Part shown: positions 1 through 10,600 of the stretch, one piece after another
How positions within the stretch are numbered: the stretch's first letter is position 1
How the letters are laid out: each line of letters starts with the position of its first letter
Source: Armatimonadota bacterium
GTDB taxonomy: Bacteria; Sysuimicrobiota; Sysuimicrobiia; Sysuimicrobiales; Humicultoraceae
DNA: 22,473 nucleotides
NCBI GenBank assembly: GCA_037446215.1
Contig: JBBIJB010000036.1
Coordinates: 1 to 22,473 of the forward strand
Reading direction: 5' to 3'
Notes under the pieces: model-generated
Databases searched by the model: none
Told to the model about the DNA's origin: nothing
What the model saw: only the letters and a program-made list of their open reading frames with translations
Program-made: the position numbers and the translations under genes

Positions 1-1
1 G

Positions 2-1552
2 ATGATCCTCCAGAAGCTGAAGACCGACGCGGAGGCCTACCTGGGGGAGAAGATCACCGAGGCCGTGATCACGGTCCCCGCGTACTTCAACGACGCGCAG
101 CGCACCGCGACCAAGAACGCGGGCGAGATCGCCGGGCTCAAGGTGCTGCGGATCATCAACGAGCCCACCGCTTCGTGCCTCGCCTACGGGATGGACAAGA
201 AGGGTTCGGAGACGGTCCTGGTCTTCGACCTGGGCGGCGGCACCTTCGACGTGTCGATCCTGGAGATCGGAGAGGGCGTCTTCGAGGTCAAGGCCACAAG
301 CGGCGACACCCATCTGGGCGGAGACGACTGGGACGAGAGGATCGTGAACTGGCTCGCCGACCAGTTCAGGCGGGAGCAGGGGATCGATCTCCGGCAGGAC
401 CGCCAGGCGCTGCAGCGGCTGCGCGAGGCCTCCGAGCGCGCGAAGGTGGAGCTGTCCACCGTGGTCCAGACGACGATCAACCTTCCGTTCATCACGGCGG
501 ATGCGACCGGGCCGAAGCACCTTGACTACGTCCTTACACGCGCGAAGTTCGAGGAGCTCACCGCAGACCTCGTGGAGAGGTGCATCGGGCCATTCAAGCA
601 GGCCCTCGGCGACGCCAAGATGAGCGAGCGCGACCTGAACGAGGTGATCCTGGTCGGCGGCGCCACCCGGATGCCGATGATCCAGGAGCTCGTGCGCCGC
701 CTGACCGGCAAGGAGCCCAACCGCGAGGTCCACCCCGACGAGGTCGTCGCGGTGGGTGCCGCCATACAGGCGGGCGTCCTCTCCGGCGATGTGCGCGAGG
801 TGGTGCTGCTCGACGTCACCCCGCTCACCCTCGGGGTGGAGACGCTCGGCGGCGTGCTGACGCCTATGGTCACGCGCAACACGACGATCCCGACGCGCAA
901 GACCGAGAGGTACACCACGGCCTCGGACGGGCAGACCCAGGTGGATATCCACGTGCTGCAGGGCGAGCGCCCCATGGCGCGCGACAACCGCACGCTCGGC
1001 AGGTTCATCCTCGACGGGATTCCGCCCGCCGCCAGGGGTATGCCGCAGATCGAGGTCACGTTTGACATCGACGCGAACGGGATACTGCACGTCACCGCCA
1101 AGGACACGGCGACGAGCCGCGAGCAGTCGATAAAGATCACAGGGACGTCAACCCTCTCGAAGAACGAGGTAGACCGGATGGTGTCCGACTCGGAGAAGTA
1201 CGCCGCGGAGGACAAGGCCAGGAAGGAGGCGGCGGAAGCCCGCAACCGCGGCGACTCGCTGGCCTACCAGGTCGAGAAGCTGCTGAAGGACCACGGCGAC
1301 AAAGTCTCGCCTGACGAGCGCAAGAAGGTGGAAGAGGCTCTCGGCGAGCTGCGCCAGGCGCTGGGGGGCGACGACGCGGCGAAGATCACCGGCGCCGCCG
1401 ACGCGCTCCAGCAGGCCTCCTACAAGCTGAGCGAGGAGATGTACAAGGCCTCCTCCGCAGGGCCCGCCGGGCCGGCGCAGGAGCCGCCCCAGGGCGAGAA
1501 GCCCAAGGAGGGTGACGACGTGATCGACGCCGAGTACAGGCCGAGCAACTAG
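2..1552 (+). CDS. dnaK: Chaperone DnaK (Hsp70), 5'-truncated by the window edge
   Basis: Hsp70 motifs [63 protein letters not shown]-terminal DDVIDAEY. Confidence 0.99.
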   Translation: MILQKLKTDAEAYLGEKITEAVITVPAYFNDAQRTATKNAGEIAGLKVLRIINEPTASCLAYGMDKKGSETVLVFDLGGGTFDVSILEIGEGVFEVKATSGDTHLGGDDWDERIVNWLADQFRREQGIDLRQDRQALQRLREASERAKVELSTVVQTTINLPFITADATGPKHLDYVLTRAKFEELTADLVERCIGPFKQALGDAKMSERDLNEVILVGGATRMPMIQELVRRLTGKEPNREVHPDEVVAVGAAIQAGVLSGDVREVVLLDVTPLTLGVETLGGVLTPMVTRNTTIPTRKTERYTTASDGQTQVDIHVLQGERPMARDNRTLGRFILDGIPPAARGMPQIEVTFDIDANGILHVTAKDTATSREQSIKITGTSTLSKNEVDRMVSDSEKYAAEDKARKEAAEARNRGDSLAYQVEKLLKDHGDKVSPDERKKVEEALGELRQALGGDDAAKITGAADALQQASYKLSEEMYKASSAGPAGPAQEPPQGEKPKEGDDVIDAEYRPSN

Positions 1553-1561
1553 GGCGGGCCG

Positions 1562-2152
1562 ATGGAGCGCGACAGGACGGATCACGACGGAGCCGACCGC
1601 GGAGAAGCCGACCGCGGCGGACAGGAGGCCACCGCGGGGGAGGAACCCACGCCGGTGGCCGTCGACGAGGAGATCGCCAGGCTGAACGAGGAGGCCGAGC
1701 GCAGCCGGCAGCAGTTCCTGCGCGCGGCGGCGGACCTGGAGAACTACCGGCGTCAGGCCGCAAGGCAGCGCGATGAGGCCGTGGCGGCCACCCGCCGCTC
1801 CCTGCTCGCGGTAATCCTTGGCGTGCTCGATACGCTCGAGCGGGCGATCGAGCACGCGGAAGGCGCTGGGGCCGGCAGCCGCGGGGAGCCCGTACAGGCC
1901 GGTGGAGCGGGAGGCGCCATAGTCGACGGCATACGCCTCGCCCACCGGCAGGTTCTCGACACCCTTCGCGGCATGGGCGTCAGGCCGATGGAATCGGTTG
2001 GCAAGCCGTTCGACCCAAGATTCCACGACGCGGTGGAAGCGGTCCCGGCAGTTGAAGGAGTGCCCCCGGGGACCGTGATCGGGGAGAGACAGCGGGGCTA
2101 CCTGATCGGCGAGGAGGTGCTGCGCCCGGCACGGGTGCGCGTGGCGCAGTAG
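1562..2152 (+). CDS. grpE: Nucleotide exchange factor GrpE
   Basis: LRAAADLENYRR, GKPFDPRFHDAV, GYLIGEEVLRPARVRV; directly after dnaK. Exact start uncertain. Confidence 0.96.
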   Translation: MERDRTDHDGADRGEADRGGQEATAGEEPTPVAVDEEIARLNEEAERSRQQFLRAAADLENYRRQAARQRDEAVAATRRSLLAVILGVLDTLERAIEHAEGAGAGSRGEPVQAGGAGGAIVDGIRLAHRQVLDTLRGMGVRPMESVGKPFDPRFHDAVEAVPAVEGVPPGTVIGERQRGYLIGEEVLRPARVRVAQ

Positions 2153-2190
2153 GACCGGCGCCGCGATCCGCGGCCCGTCGCGAGGTATAG

Positions 2191-3141
2191 ATGGAGTTCA
2201 AGGACTACTACAAGGCGCTGGGCGTGGGGCGCGACGCCGATCAGAAGGCCGTAAGCAGGGCGTTCCGGCGCCTGGCACGCGAGCATCACCCAGACGTCGA
2301 CAAGCGGGCAGGCTCGGAGGATCGCTTCAAGGAGATCAACGAGGCCTATCAGGTTCTAAGCGATCCGGCCAAGCGCGCCAGGTACGACCAGATCTACGAG
2401 GCCTACAAGAGCGGAGGCGGCCGCTGGCAGGACCTCTTCGGGCAGCCCGGCACCACGGGCTGGGCCGGGACCGGTCCCGGCGGCGTGACGTTCCGCGTGG
2501 GAGACGCCCAGGAGTTCGAGCACCTCTTCGGGCAGTCCGGGCTCGGGGGGTTCAGCGACTTCTTCCAACAGCTGTTCGGAGGCCTGGGAGGGTTTGGACG
2601 CGCGGGCGCGGGAGGCCCCGCGGGAAGGGGCCGCAGCGAGGCGGCGATAGAGGTGACGCTGGAGGAGGCCTTCAGGGGCGCCCGCCGCCAGGTGAGGCTG
2701 ACCGAGACCGGGCGCACCCTCGAGGTGGAGATACCGAAGGGCGTCCGCTCGGGCCAGGCAATCCGGCTTCCCGGGGCGCTGGAGGGCGACGACCTCTACC
2801 TCAGGGTCCAGATAGCCCGGCACAGGCTGTTCGAGAGATCGGGCGACGACCTCACGGTGGAGCTGCCTCTGACCGTGAGCGAGGCCGCCCTGGGCGCCGA
2901 CGTCGAGGTGCCCACGCTGGAAGGAAGGGTCTCGATGAAGATCCCGGAGGGAACCCAAAGCGGGGCCCGCTTCCGCCTCCGGGGACTGGGCATGCCCCAT
3001 CCTAAGGGGGAGGGGCGCGGAGACCTCTACGCCAGGGCGAAGGTCATCACCCCCACGCGGCTCTCCTCGAGGGAGCGCGAGCTGCTCGAGGAGCTCGCAG
3101 GGGCGAGGCAGGAGAATCCCAGGCAGTCCCTCCTGCCATAG
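2191..3141 (+). CDS. dnaJ: Class II J-domain protein (DnaJ/CbpA-like, no zinc finger)
   Basis: J domain DYYKALGV...HHPD...FKEINEAYQVLSD, G/F-rich linker, DnaJ_C (VEVPTLEG, IPEGTQSG, LRGLGMP, GDLY); no CxxCxGxG repeats; SD GAGGT at 2182-2186. Confidence 0.92.
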   Translation: MEFKDYYKALGVGRDADQKAVSRAFRRLAREHHPDVDKRAGSEDRFKEINEAYQVLSDPAKRARYDQIYEAYKSGGGRWQDLFGQPGTTGWAGTGPGGVTFRVGDAQEFEHLFGQSGLGGFSDFFQQLFGGLGGFGRAGAGGPAGRGRSEAAIEVTLEEAFRGARRQVRLTETGRTLEVEIPKGVRSGQAIRLPGALEGDDLYLRVQIARHRLFERSGDDLTVELPLTVSEAALGADVEVPTLEGRVSMKIPEGTQSGARFRLRGLGMPHPKGEGRGDLYARAKVITPTRLSSRERELLEELAGARQENPRQSLLP

Positions 3142-3168
3142 GAGAACGGCACAGGGAGAGCATCCGAG

Positions 3169-5799
3169 ATGGCAATGCGATTCGACAGGTTCACCGAGAA
3201 GGCTCAGGAGGCGCTGCTGGCCGCCCAGCAGGCGGCCACCGGAAGAGGCCACCAGGGACCGGATCCAGAGCACCTGCTGCTGGCGCTGGCGGAGCAGTCC
3301 GATGGGCTGATCCCCGCGCTCCTGCTGCGCCTCGGCGTCGATCCCCGCGTGCTTCGCACCCGCCTGGAGGCCGGCCTGGAGCGCCGGCCGCGGGTCCACG
3401 GCGCGCCTTCCCAGCCCGGCATACTGGTCACGCCGCGGCTCGCCCAGGTCCTCGAGGCCGCGCAGCGGGAGGCCGGCAGGCTCAAGGACGACTACACGAG
3501 CACGGAGCACCTGCTGCTCGGCATACTCCAGTCGCGCGACGGCGATGCCGTGAAGGAGCTCGGCGATCTCGGGGTCACGCTCGAGCGCGCCTACCAGGGC
3601 CTCGAGGAGGTCCGCGGGCAACAGCGTGTCACCGATGCCACCCCCGAGTCGAAGTACCAGGTGTTGGAGAAGTACGGGCGCGAACTGACGCAGCTCGCCG
3701 CGGCCGGCAAGATCGATCCCGTGATCGGGCGCGACGAGGAGGTGCGGCGTGTCATCCAGGTGCTCTCCCGGCGCACCAAGAACAACCCGGTCCTGATAGG
3801 AGACCCCGGCGTCGGCAAGACGGCCATCGCCGAAGGGCTGGCGCAGCGCATAGTCAAGGGCGATGTGCCCGAGGGGCTGAAGTCGAGGAAGATCTTCCAG
3901 CTGGATATGGGAGCGCTCGTGGCCGGCACCAAGTTCCGCGGGGAGTTCGAGGAGAGGCTCAAGGCCGTGCTGCGCGAGATCGCCGCGGCCGAGGGGCAGA
4001 TCATCCTGTTCATAGACGAGCTCCACACGGTCGTGGGGGCGGGCGGTGCCGAGGGCGCCATCGACGCCGCCAACCTGCTCAAGCCGATGCTGGCCAGGGG
4101 CGAGCTCCACGCCATCGGCGCCACCACCCTGGACGAGTACCGCAAGCACATCGAGAAGGACGCCGCCCTGGAGCGCCGCTTCCAGCCGGTCTTCATCGGC
4201 GAGCCGTCGGTCGAGGAGACGATAAGCATCCTTCGCGGGCTCAAGGAGCGCTACGAGGTCCACCACGGCGTCCGGATAACCGACCCGGCGGTGATTGCCG
4301 CCGCCACGCTCTCCGACAGGTACATAAGCGCGCGCTTCCTCCCCGACAAGGCAATAGACCTGATAGACGAGGCGGCCAGCCGCCTGCGGATGGAGATGGA
4401 CAGCAAGCCGGCGGAGCTCGACGAGGTCGATCGGCGGGCGATGCAGCTCGAGATCGAGCGCGAGGCGCTCCGGCGCGAGAGCGACGAGCAGAGCCGCCAG
4501 CGGCTGCGCCGGATCGAGGAGGAGCTTGCCTCCCTCAAGGAGCAGTCGGACGCCATCCGCACGCGCTGGGAGCATGAGAAGGCGGCGATCGCATCGATCC
4601 GCCAGGTCAAGCAGCAGATCGAGGAGGCCCGGCGCCAAATCGAGGAGGCGGAGAGGAACGCCGACCTCGAAGCCGCCGCCAGGCTCCGCTACGGCACGGT
4701 ACCCGGCCTCGAGCGCCAGTTGCGGTCCGACGAGGAGCGGCTGCGCGCGGCGCAGTCCGCCGGACGGCTGCTGAACGAGGAGGTCACGGCCGACGACGTC
4801 GCCGAGGTTGTGGCACGCTGGACCGGGGTGCCGGTACGCCGGCTGCTCGAGGGCGAGATGGCGAAGCTGCTCCGCCTCGAGGAGAGGCTGCACGAGCGGG
4901 TGGTCGGTCAGGACGAGGCGGTCTCCGCCGTGGCCGACGCGATCCGGCGCGCCAGGGCCGGCCTCAAGGACCCCCGCCGCCCCATAGGCTCATTCCTGTT
5001 CCTGGGTCCCACCGGCGTCGGCAAGACCGAGCTCGCCCGGACGCTCGCCGAGCAGCTCTTCGACGACGAGGATGCGATGGTTCGGCTGGACATGTCGGAG
5101 TACCAGGAGCGGCACACCGTCAGCCGTCTGGTGGGCGCACCGCCCGGCTACGTGGGGTTCGACGAGGGCGGCCAGCTGACAGAGGCGGTGCGGAGGCGCC
5201 CCTACCGGGTGGTGCTCTTCGATGAGGTCGAGAAGGCCCATGCCGATGTGTTCAACCTGCTGCTCCAGATCATGGAGGACGGCCGCCTGACGGACGGTCA
5301 CGGCCGTACGGTAGACTTCAAGAACACCGTCGTGATCATGACCAGCAACCTGGGTAGCCGCCACGTGCAGGGCCTCGACCCGAAGGACGCCTCGGCCTAC
5401 GAGGTCGCCCGTGTCCTGGTCCTGGGAGAGCTGCGCAAGTCTGTCCGGCCCGAGTTCCTCAACCGCATAGACGAGGTGATCGTCTTCCGGCCGCTATCGG
5501 AGGAGCAGCTGGCCGAGATCGTCGGCCTGCAGGTCCGCGAGCTCGCCGCCCGCCTGGCGCACCAAGAGATAGGGCTGGAGGTCACGGAGTCCGCGAGGCA
5601 CCACCTCGCCAAGGAGGGCTACAGCCCGGACTTCGGCGCCAGGCCCCTGCGCCGCCTGATCCAGCGGGAGATAGAGAACGTCTTGGCGCGCAAGATCCTC
5701 GGCGGCGAGATCAGGCAGGGGGAGACGGCCTCGGTGGACTTCCGAGAGGAGGAGGGGCTCGTCTTCTCCTCGGCGCCCCACGCCGACGCGGCTCCGTAG
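3169..5799 (+). CDS. clpB: Disaggregase ClpB
   Basis: Clp N-repeats, two AAA+ modules ([30 protein letters not shown]), long middle coiled coil, [19 protein letters not shown]; 876 aa. Confidence 0.98.
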   Translation: MAMRFDRFTEKAQEALLAAQQAATGRGHQGPDPEHLLLALAEQSDGLIPALLLRLGVDPRVLRTRLEAGLERRPRVHGAPSQPGILVTPRLAQVLEAAQREAGRLKDDYTSTEHLLLGILQSRDGDAVKELGDLGVTLERAYQGLEEVRGQQRVTDATPESKYQVLEKYGRELTQLAAAGKIDPVIGRDEEVRRVIQVLSRRTKNNPVLIGDPGVGKTAIAEGLAQRIVKGDVPEGLKSRKIFQLDMGALVAGTKFRGEFEERLKAVLREIAAAEGQIILFIDELHTVVGAGGAEGAIDAANLLKPMLARGELHAIGATTLDEYRKHIEKDAALERRFQPVFIGEPSVEETISILRGLKERYEVHHGVRITDPAVIAAATLSDRYISARFLPDKAIDLIDEAASRLRMEMDSKPAELDEVDRRAMQLEIEREALRRESDEQSRQRLRRIEEELASLKEQSDAIRTRWEHEKAAIASIRQVKQQIEEARRQIEEAERNADLEAAARLRYGTVPGLERQLRSDEERLRAAQSAGRLLNEEVTADDVAEVVARWTGVPVRRLLEGEMAKLLRLEERLHERVVGQDEAVSAVADAIRRARAGLKDPRRPIGSFLFLGPTGVGKTELARTLAEQLFDDEDAMVRLDMSEYQERHTVSRLVGAPPGYVGFDEGGQLTEAVRRRPYRVVLFDEVEKAHADVFNLLLQIMEDGRLTDGHGRTVDFKNTVVIMTSNLGSRHVQGLDPKDASAYEVARVLVLGELRKSVRPEFLNRIDEVIVFRPLSEEQLAEIVGLQVRELAARLAHQEIGLEVTESARHHLAKEGYSPDFGARPLRRLIQREIENVLARKILGGEIRQGETASVDFREEEGLVFSSAPHADAAP

Positions 5800-5810
5800 C
5801 CTCCAGGCGC

Positions 5811-5816
5811 TATAAT
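5811..5816 (+). promoter_or_regulatory. Candidate sigma-70 -10 element TATAAT
   Basis: Exact TATAAT in GC-rich DNA just after the clpB stop; no convincing -35. Confidence 0.5.
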
Positions 5817-7344
5817 GGGGCCACGCCATCACGGAGGTGCGGCCATACTTGAGGTCACGGTCTTCGTCAGCGGCGGCGTCCTTCTCGCCCTCGAGATCAT
5901 CGCCAGCCGGGTTCTCGCACCGTACTTCGGCAACTCGATCTACGTCTGGGGGAGCCTGATCGGCGTCTTCCTGACGGCCCTCAGCGTCGGATACGCGGTG
6001 GGCGGAAGGCTCGCCGACCGCTTTCCCTCCTACGGCCTGTTCTCGGGCGTCGTCTTTCTTGCCGGCCTCCTGACGGTCCCGATACCCCTGATGGCCACGC
6101 CTGTCCTGGACGCGATCGCGCGCGCCGACCTCGGCCCGCAGCTCAACCCTCTCGCCGGTGCGGTCGTCCTCTTCGTCGCCCCCAGCGTGGTGATGGGGAT
6201 GGTCTCTCCCTACGCCGTGCGACTGCGCACCCGCGCCGTTACCTCCGTGGGGCAGACCGCGGGCGCGCTCTACGCGATAAGCACCGCGGGCTCGATCGTC
6301 GGCACGCTGACGGCGTCGTTCGTGCTGATCAACTACCTCGGGGTGCGGTCGCTGATCCAACTCCTCGGCCTGGTGCTCATGGTGATGGCCGTGTTGGGAT
6401 GGCTCTCGACGAGGCGGCTCTCGGCCGCTGCGGCGGGCTCGCTGGCGGTAGTGCTGACGGCCGTGGGACTGGCGAGCGCGGCACCTTCCCCTGCCTCCAC
6501 CCTCGTCTACGCGCGGGACACCGTGTACCACCGCGTCACAGTCTCCGACGAGGGCGCGATAAGGTACCTCAAGCTGGACAACTACTGGCAGAGCGCCACG
6601 GACCTGCAGCACCCCAGGCGCACCGTCTTCGCCTACGCCGACTACATGCACCTGCCCCTCGTCTTCGTCCCCGAGCCGCGGCGGACGATGCTCATAGGGC
6701 TGGGAGGCGGCACTGTCCCGGTACGGTACGTGGAGGACTACCCCACCGTTGAGATGGATGTGGCCGAGATAGATCCCGAGGTGATAGCGGTGGCCCGGCG
6801 GTTCTTCGGGGTGCGCGACTCCGACCGCCTGCGGATGGCGGCCCGCGACGGAAGGCTCCACCTCCGGCTCGCCGGCGGCGGATATGACGTGATCATGACG
6901 GACGCCTACCTGATCGATACGATCCCGTTCCACCTGGCCACCCGGGAGTTCTTCACGATGGTCAAGGCGCGCCTGGCCCCGGGCGGCGTGCTCGCCGCCA
7001 ACATAATCGGCGCTCTGGACGGCCCGAACAGCCGCCTGTTCAGGGCGATCTACAAGACTGTGCGGGAGGTCTTCCCGACCGTCTACGTCTTCCCGGTCAA
7101 CTTCGGAGGTTACGGCGATGTGGCGTCGCTGCGCAACATCATCATTGTAGCCACCGACTCCCCGGCCCTCCCTTCGCTCGAGGTGCTGGCGCGCGCCAAG
7201 GCCCTCGCAGGTGAAGGCAGGGTGACCGTCGAGCGCTTCATAGTCGCGGCCGGAGATCTCTACGAGAAGCCCATCTCAACCGCGGACGTCCCAGTGCTCT
7301 CCGACGACTTCGCCCCCATAGACGCCCTGATACCGACTCGGTAG
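5815..7344 (+). CDS. Membrane-fused spermidine-synthase-like SAM-binding protein
   Basis: N-terminal multi-TM region (LEIIASRVLAPYFGNSIYVWGSLIG, GGRLAD, LYAISTAGSIVGT) then class I SAM fold (LIGLGGGT, AEIDPEV, DGR, DVIMTDAY, HLATREFF, LAPGGVLAAN). True start may be downstream (5845). Confidence 0.85.
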   Translation: MGPRHHGGAAILEVTVFVSGGVLLALEIIASRVLAPYFGNSIYVWGSLIGVFLTALSVGYAVGGRLADRFPSYGLFSGVVFLAGLLTVPIPLMATPVLDAIARADLGPQLNPLAGAVVLFVAPSVVMGMVSPYAVRLRTRAVTSVGQTAGALYAISTAGSIVGTLTASFVLINYLGVRSLIQLLGLVLMVMAVLGWLSTRRLSAAAAGSLAVVLTAVGLASAAPSPASTLVYARDTVYHRVTVSDEGAIRYLKLDNYWQSATDLQHPRRTVFAYADYMHLPLVFVPEPRRTMLIGLGGGTVPVRYVEDYPTVEMDVAEIDPEVIAVARRFFGVRDSDRLRMAARDGRLHLRLAGGGYDVIMTDAYLIDTIPFHLATREFFTMVKARLAPGGVLAANIIGALDGPNSRLFRAIYKTVREVFPTVYVFPVNFGGYGDVASLRNIIIVATDSPALPSLEVLARAKALAGEGRVTVERFIVAAGDLYEKPISTADVPVLSDDFAPIDALIPTR

Positions 7345-7410
7345 CCCGGCAGTTGGGTACATCAGTGCCTGGCGGCATGCCCTTGATCTGCGGCAGGAGG
7401 CGTTAGCGCC

Positions 7411-7635
7411 ATGCCGGTGCTGAAGATCGTGCTTGGGGATGTCGTCCGACTGCGCAAGGTCCATCCCTGCGGCAGCGACCACTGGGAGGTGGTGCGCCTG
7501 GGTGCCGACATAGGCGTCCGCTGCCTGAAGTGCGGCCGGCGGGTCCTGATGCCGCGGGTGAAGTTCGAGCGTCGGATACGGACGTTCATCCGGCGGGGAC
7601 CTGGGCTCGAGGAAGGGGCCGGCCAGGCGCCCTAG
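7411..7635 (+). CDS. DUF951 family small Cys-containing protein
   Basis: [49 protein letters not shown] at 7395-7400. Confidence 0.9.
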   Translation: MPVLKIVLGDVVRLRKVHPCGSDHWEVVRLGADIGVRCLKCGRRVLMPRVKFERRIRTFIRRGPGLEEGAGQAP

Positions 7636-7661
7636 CGAGCCCAGACCGGAGAGGAGCGAGG

Positions 7662-10600
7662 TTGGCCGGTTCGCCCCGGGCCCTTGAGAGAGCCGCGGTC
7701 TATCGCTGGGCGGTCGTCTGCGTAGTCGCGGGCGTGCTGGCGGCGCTAGTCCCGTCGTCGCGCCTGCCGCACCCTGCCGGGCCGGCCGAGGCGATCGCGG
7801 TGGCGCTGGCGGTGGCCCTTGCGCGCCTCTGGCTGCCGCCGCGCGGCCACCTCTACCTCGTGGCGGCGGTGGCCCCCGTGACGATAGAACTCTTCGGCTA
7901 CCCCGTTGCAGCGCTCTCTCTGGCCACCGGGTCTGCTCTCGGAGGCACGCTCCCCTACCGCCGCGCCGTCGCTCGCGCCCTCTTCGACGCCGGCCGTGCC
8001 GCGCTGGCCGTGCTGGCCGCCGGCGAGGCGGCGCGACTGTTCGAGGGTGGCGCGGGATGGCTCACCCCCTCCTCGCGGGGGCTGCCCGACCCATCGGCCG
8101 CCCTCTCAGTCCTCGCCGGCGCCGGCTCATTCGCCGCTGTGGCGGCGCTGATCTCAGGGGGGCAGTCCGCGCTGGAGCCGCGTGGGCAGTCGGCCTCCCT
8201 GGGGCCCGGTGCCCTGCACGATGCCGCCTGCCTCCTCCTGATGTTCCTGCTTGGCTCGGCCGGCTCCATGCTCCTTCAGGGCAGGATGACCCCCTCTCTG
8301 GGCCTCCTGGCCACCGGGCTTCCGGCTGCCGGCATAGCCGCCCTCTGGCTGAACGCCGGACGCCAGGAGGCGTCTCGCATGATCGCGTTGCTCCGTGAGA
8401 CCTCGACAGACATCCACCGCGCCTGCTCGGCCGAGGAGGTCGTGACCGCGGTCGCGGGTGGGTTGGACCGACTCCTGGCCGCGGAGATCGCGCTCGTCTG
8501 GATCCGCAGGCCCGGGGAAGAGGCACTCCACGTGGCCCACTACCGAGGTCCGGGCGGCGCCAGGGTGGCGGAGGGCCTCACGCCCGCGGAGTTCTCGACG
8601 CAGGCGATGCGCTCGGGGCGGGTGGTCCGCGTCGAGGACCACGCCCGGGATCCCCTCCGCAGCCCCCGCGTCGAGATCACCTTCGGAAAGGGAGCGGTGG
8701 GCTCAATCCTGGTGGCTCCCATGGCGTCGAACGGGCTGGCGCTTGGGGCGATTGGGCTTGCAGCGAAGCAGCGGTGCCACTTCACCCTGGGTCACGAGCA
8801 GGCGGTGGGGCTCCTCGCGGCTCAGGCGGCCTTGGCCCTCAAGAGCGTCCATGCGGCCGCCGAGGTCGCGCAGCAGTCCGCGCGCCTGGAGGCGCTGCGC
8901 CGGATCGGCGGGCCTCCGGTGCCCACGGGTGGCGTGGAGGAGACCGCCCGCGGGATAGCCGCGCGCTGCGCCGCCGCAACGCGCACGGAGTGCGCTCTCC
9001 TCTCGCTCGCCGACCCGTCGTCCGGCCAGATGCGGGTCCACGCGCTCTTCGCCTCCGAAGGCGTGGATCCGGCCGCGGGCCGGGGCCTCCCAGAGGACGG
9101 GCTGGAAGCGCCCGCTGAGGCGCAGAGGGCGTTCGCCGAGGGGCGCCCTATCGCCTCCGTGGGGCCCAGGTCCACCCTGCCGCCGGACTCAGTGCTCGCC
9201 ATGCTGCCGGTCGCGGGATCGGCGCTGTCGGCTCCGATGGCCCACGAAGGCCGCAAGGTGGGCACCCTCACGGTCGCGCGCACCGAGCCTGTCCGATTCT
9301 CTGACGAGGAGACGGCCGCCGTCGAGGCCGTCGCGCACTGGGCCGCGGCGGCGATAGAGAGCGCGCGCGCCCAAGATGCGGCCGCGGGGCGGCTCTCCCG
9401 CATGGAGGCGGCGGCGGACGCGCTTCGGCGGCTGGCGAAGTCCCAGGACCTGCGCAGCACCTTCGAGGCCGCGGCCGCAGGGGCGCGCGGCGCCCTCGGG
9501 GTCGAGAGCTGCGCGCTCCTGCTCTGGGAGGCCAACGCCCCGCCCGAGGAGGTCCACACATGCGGCCTCTCGGATGAGTTCGTCACCGCGCTGGCCCGGC
9601 ATCTGCCCATGGCCCTGGCCCGCTACCAGTTGCGTGGACCCGGCCCGATACTCATTCCGGACATCCCCGCCGATCCCAGGATGGGTGCCCTGGGAATCGC
9701 CGCCGCACGCGAAGGGACAACCTCCGGGGCGGTCTTCCTGCTCCGGGCAAACGGAGGAGCGCTCGGCGCCCTTGTGCTGCTGGGCTCCGGGGGGCGAGCC
9801 TACCGCCCGGAGTCGGCGGCCGCGGCCGAGGCCCTGGCAGACGCGACCGAGGCAGCGGTGGCCCGCACAGCGGCATCGTCCGACGTCGGTCGCCGCCAGG
9901 AAGAGCTGCTCGTGCTGAACCGACTCGTCGGCTCGGTCAGCGCCTCGCTCGACGTCGACGAGGTATTCCGCATAGCCGCGGAGGAACTGGCCCACGCCGC
10001 GGGCCTGAGGAGGGTCACCATCCACCGCCTTGCGGGGCAGGTGCTCCGGCTCGCCGCCCAGGTAGGGTCGCCCGAAACCCCTGGCGAGATCCCGGTTACG
10101 TCAGGGATAACAGGTAGGGTCGCCCGCAGCGGCAGGCCGGAGTTGGTGGTCGACGTTCGCCAGGATCCCGACCACGTGGCCCGCAACTACGAGGTGGGCA
10201 GCAAGGCCGCGGTGCCGATCACACAGGAAGGCACGGTCGTCGGCGTCCTCGCGGCAGAGGGCTCCGTAGTCCGCCCCGTGACCTCCCGGACCCTCTCACT
10301 CCTGTCCTCCTTCGCAGAGCAACTGGGCGTCGCGCTGCGCAACGCTTCGATGTTCGCCGAGCTGCGCCGCACCCACGACGAGCTCCAGGTGCTGTTCGAG
10401 GCGGCCAAGGCGGTCAGCGGCACGCTCGACACTCGCACGCTGCTGGACAGCCTGGTCTCGGTGGCGTGCCGGTCGTTCGGATACGAGACCGGAGCGCTTC
10501 TCATGGTGGACCCCGAAGGCGGGGACCTGACGGTCGAGGCCGCCTACGGCTACGGCGAGTCCGTCCTTGGGACGCGACTACCCGGCGGAGTGGGGCTCTC

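Noticed and set aside
1591..1617. Short tandem repeat AGCCGACCGCGG x2 in grpE
   Set aside because: Two copies in a disordered N-terminus; not an array.
2356..4893. 845-aa antisense ORF opposite dnaJ/clpB, and similar ORFs (5494-6933, 18082-19845, 1148-2026)
   Set aside because: Shadow or off-frame ORFs expected from high-GC codon bias; no recognisable motifs; they overlap well-supported genes.
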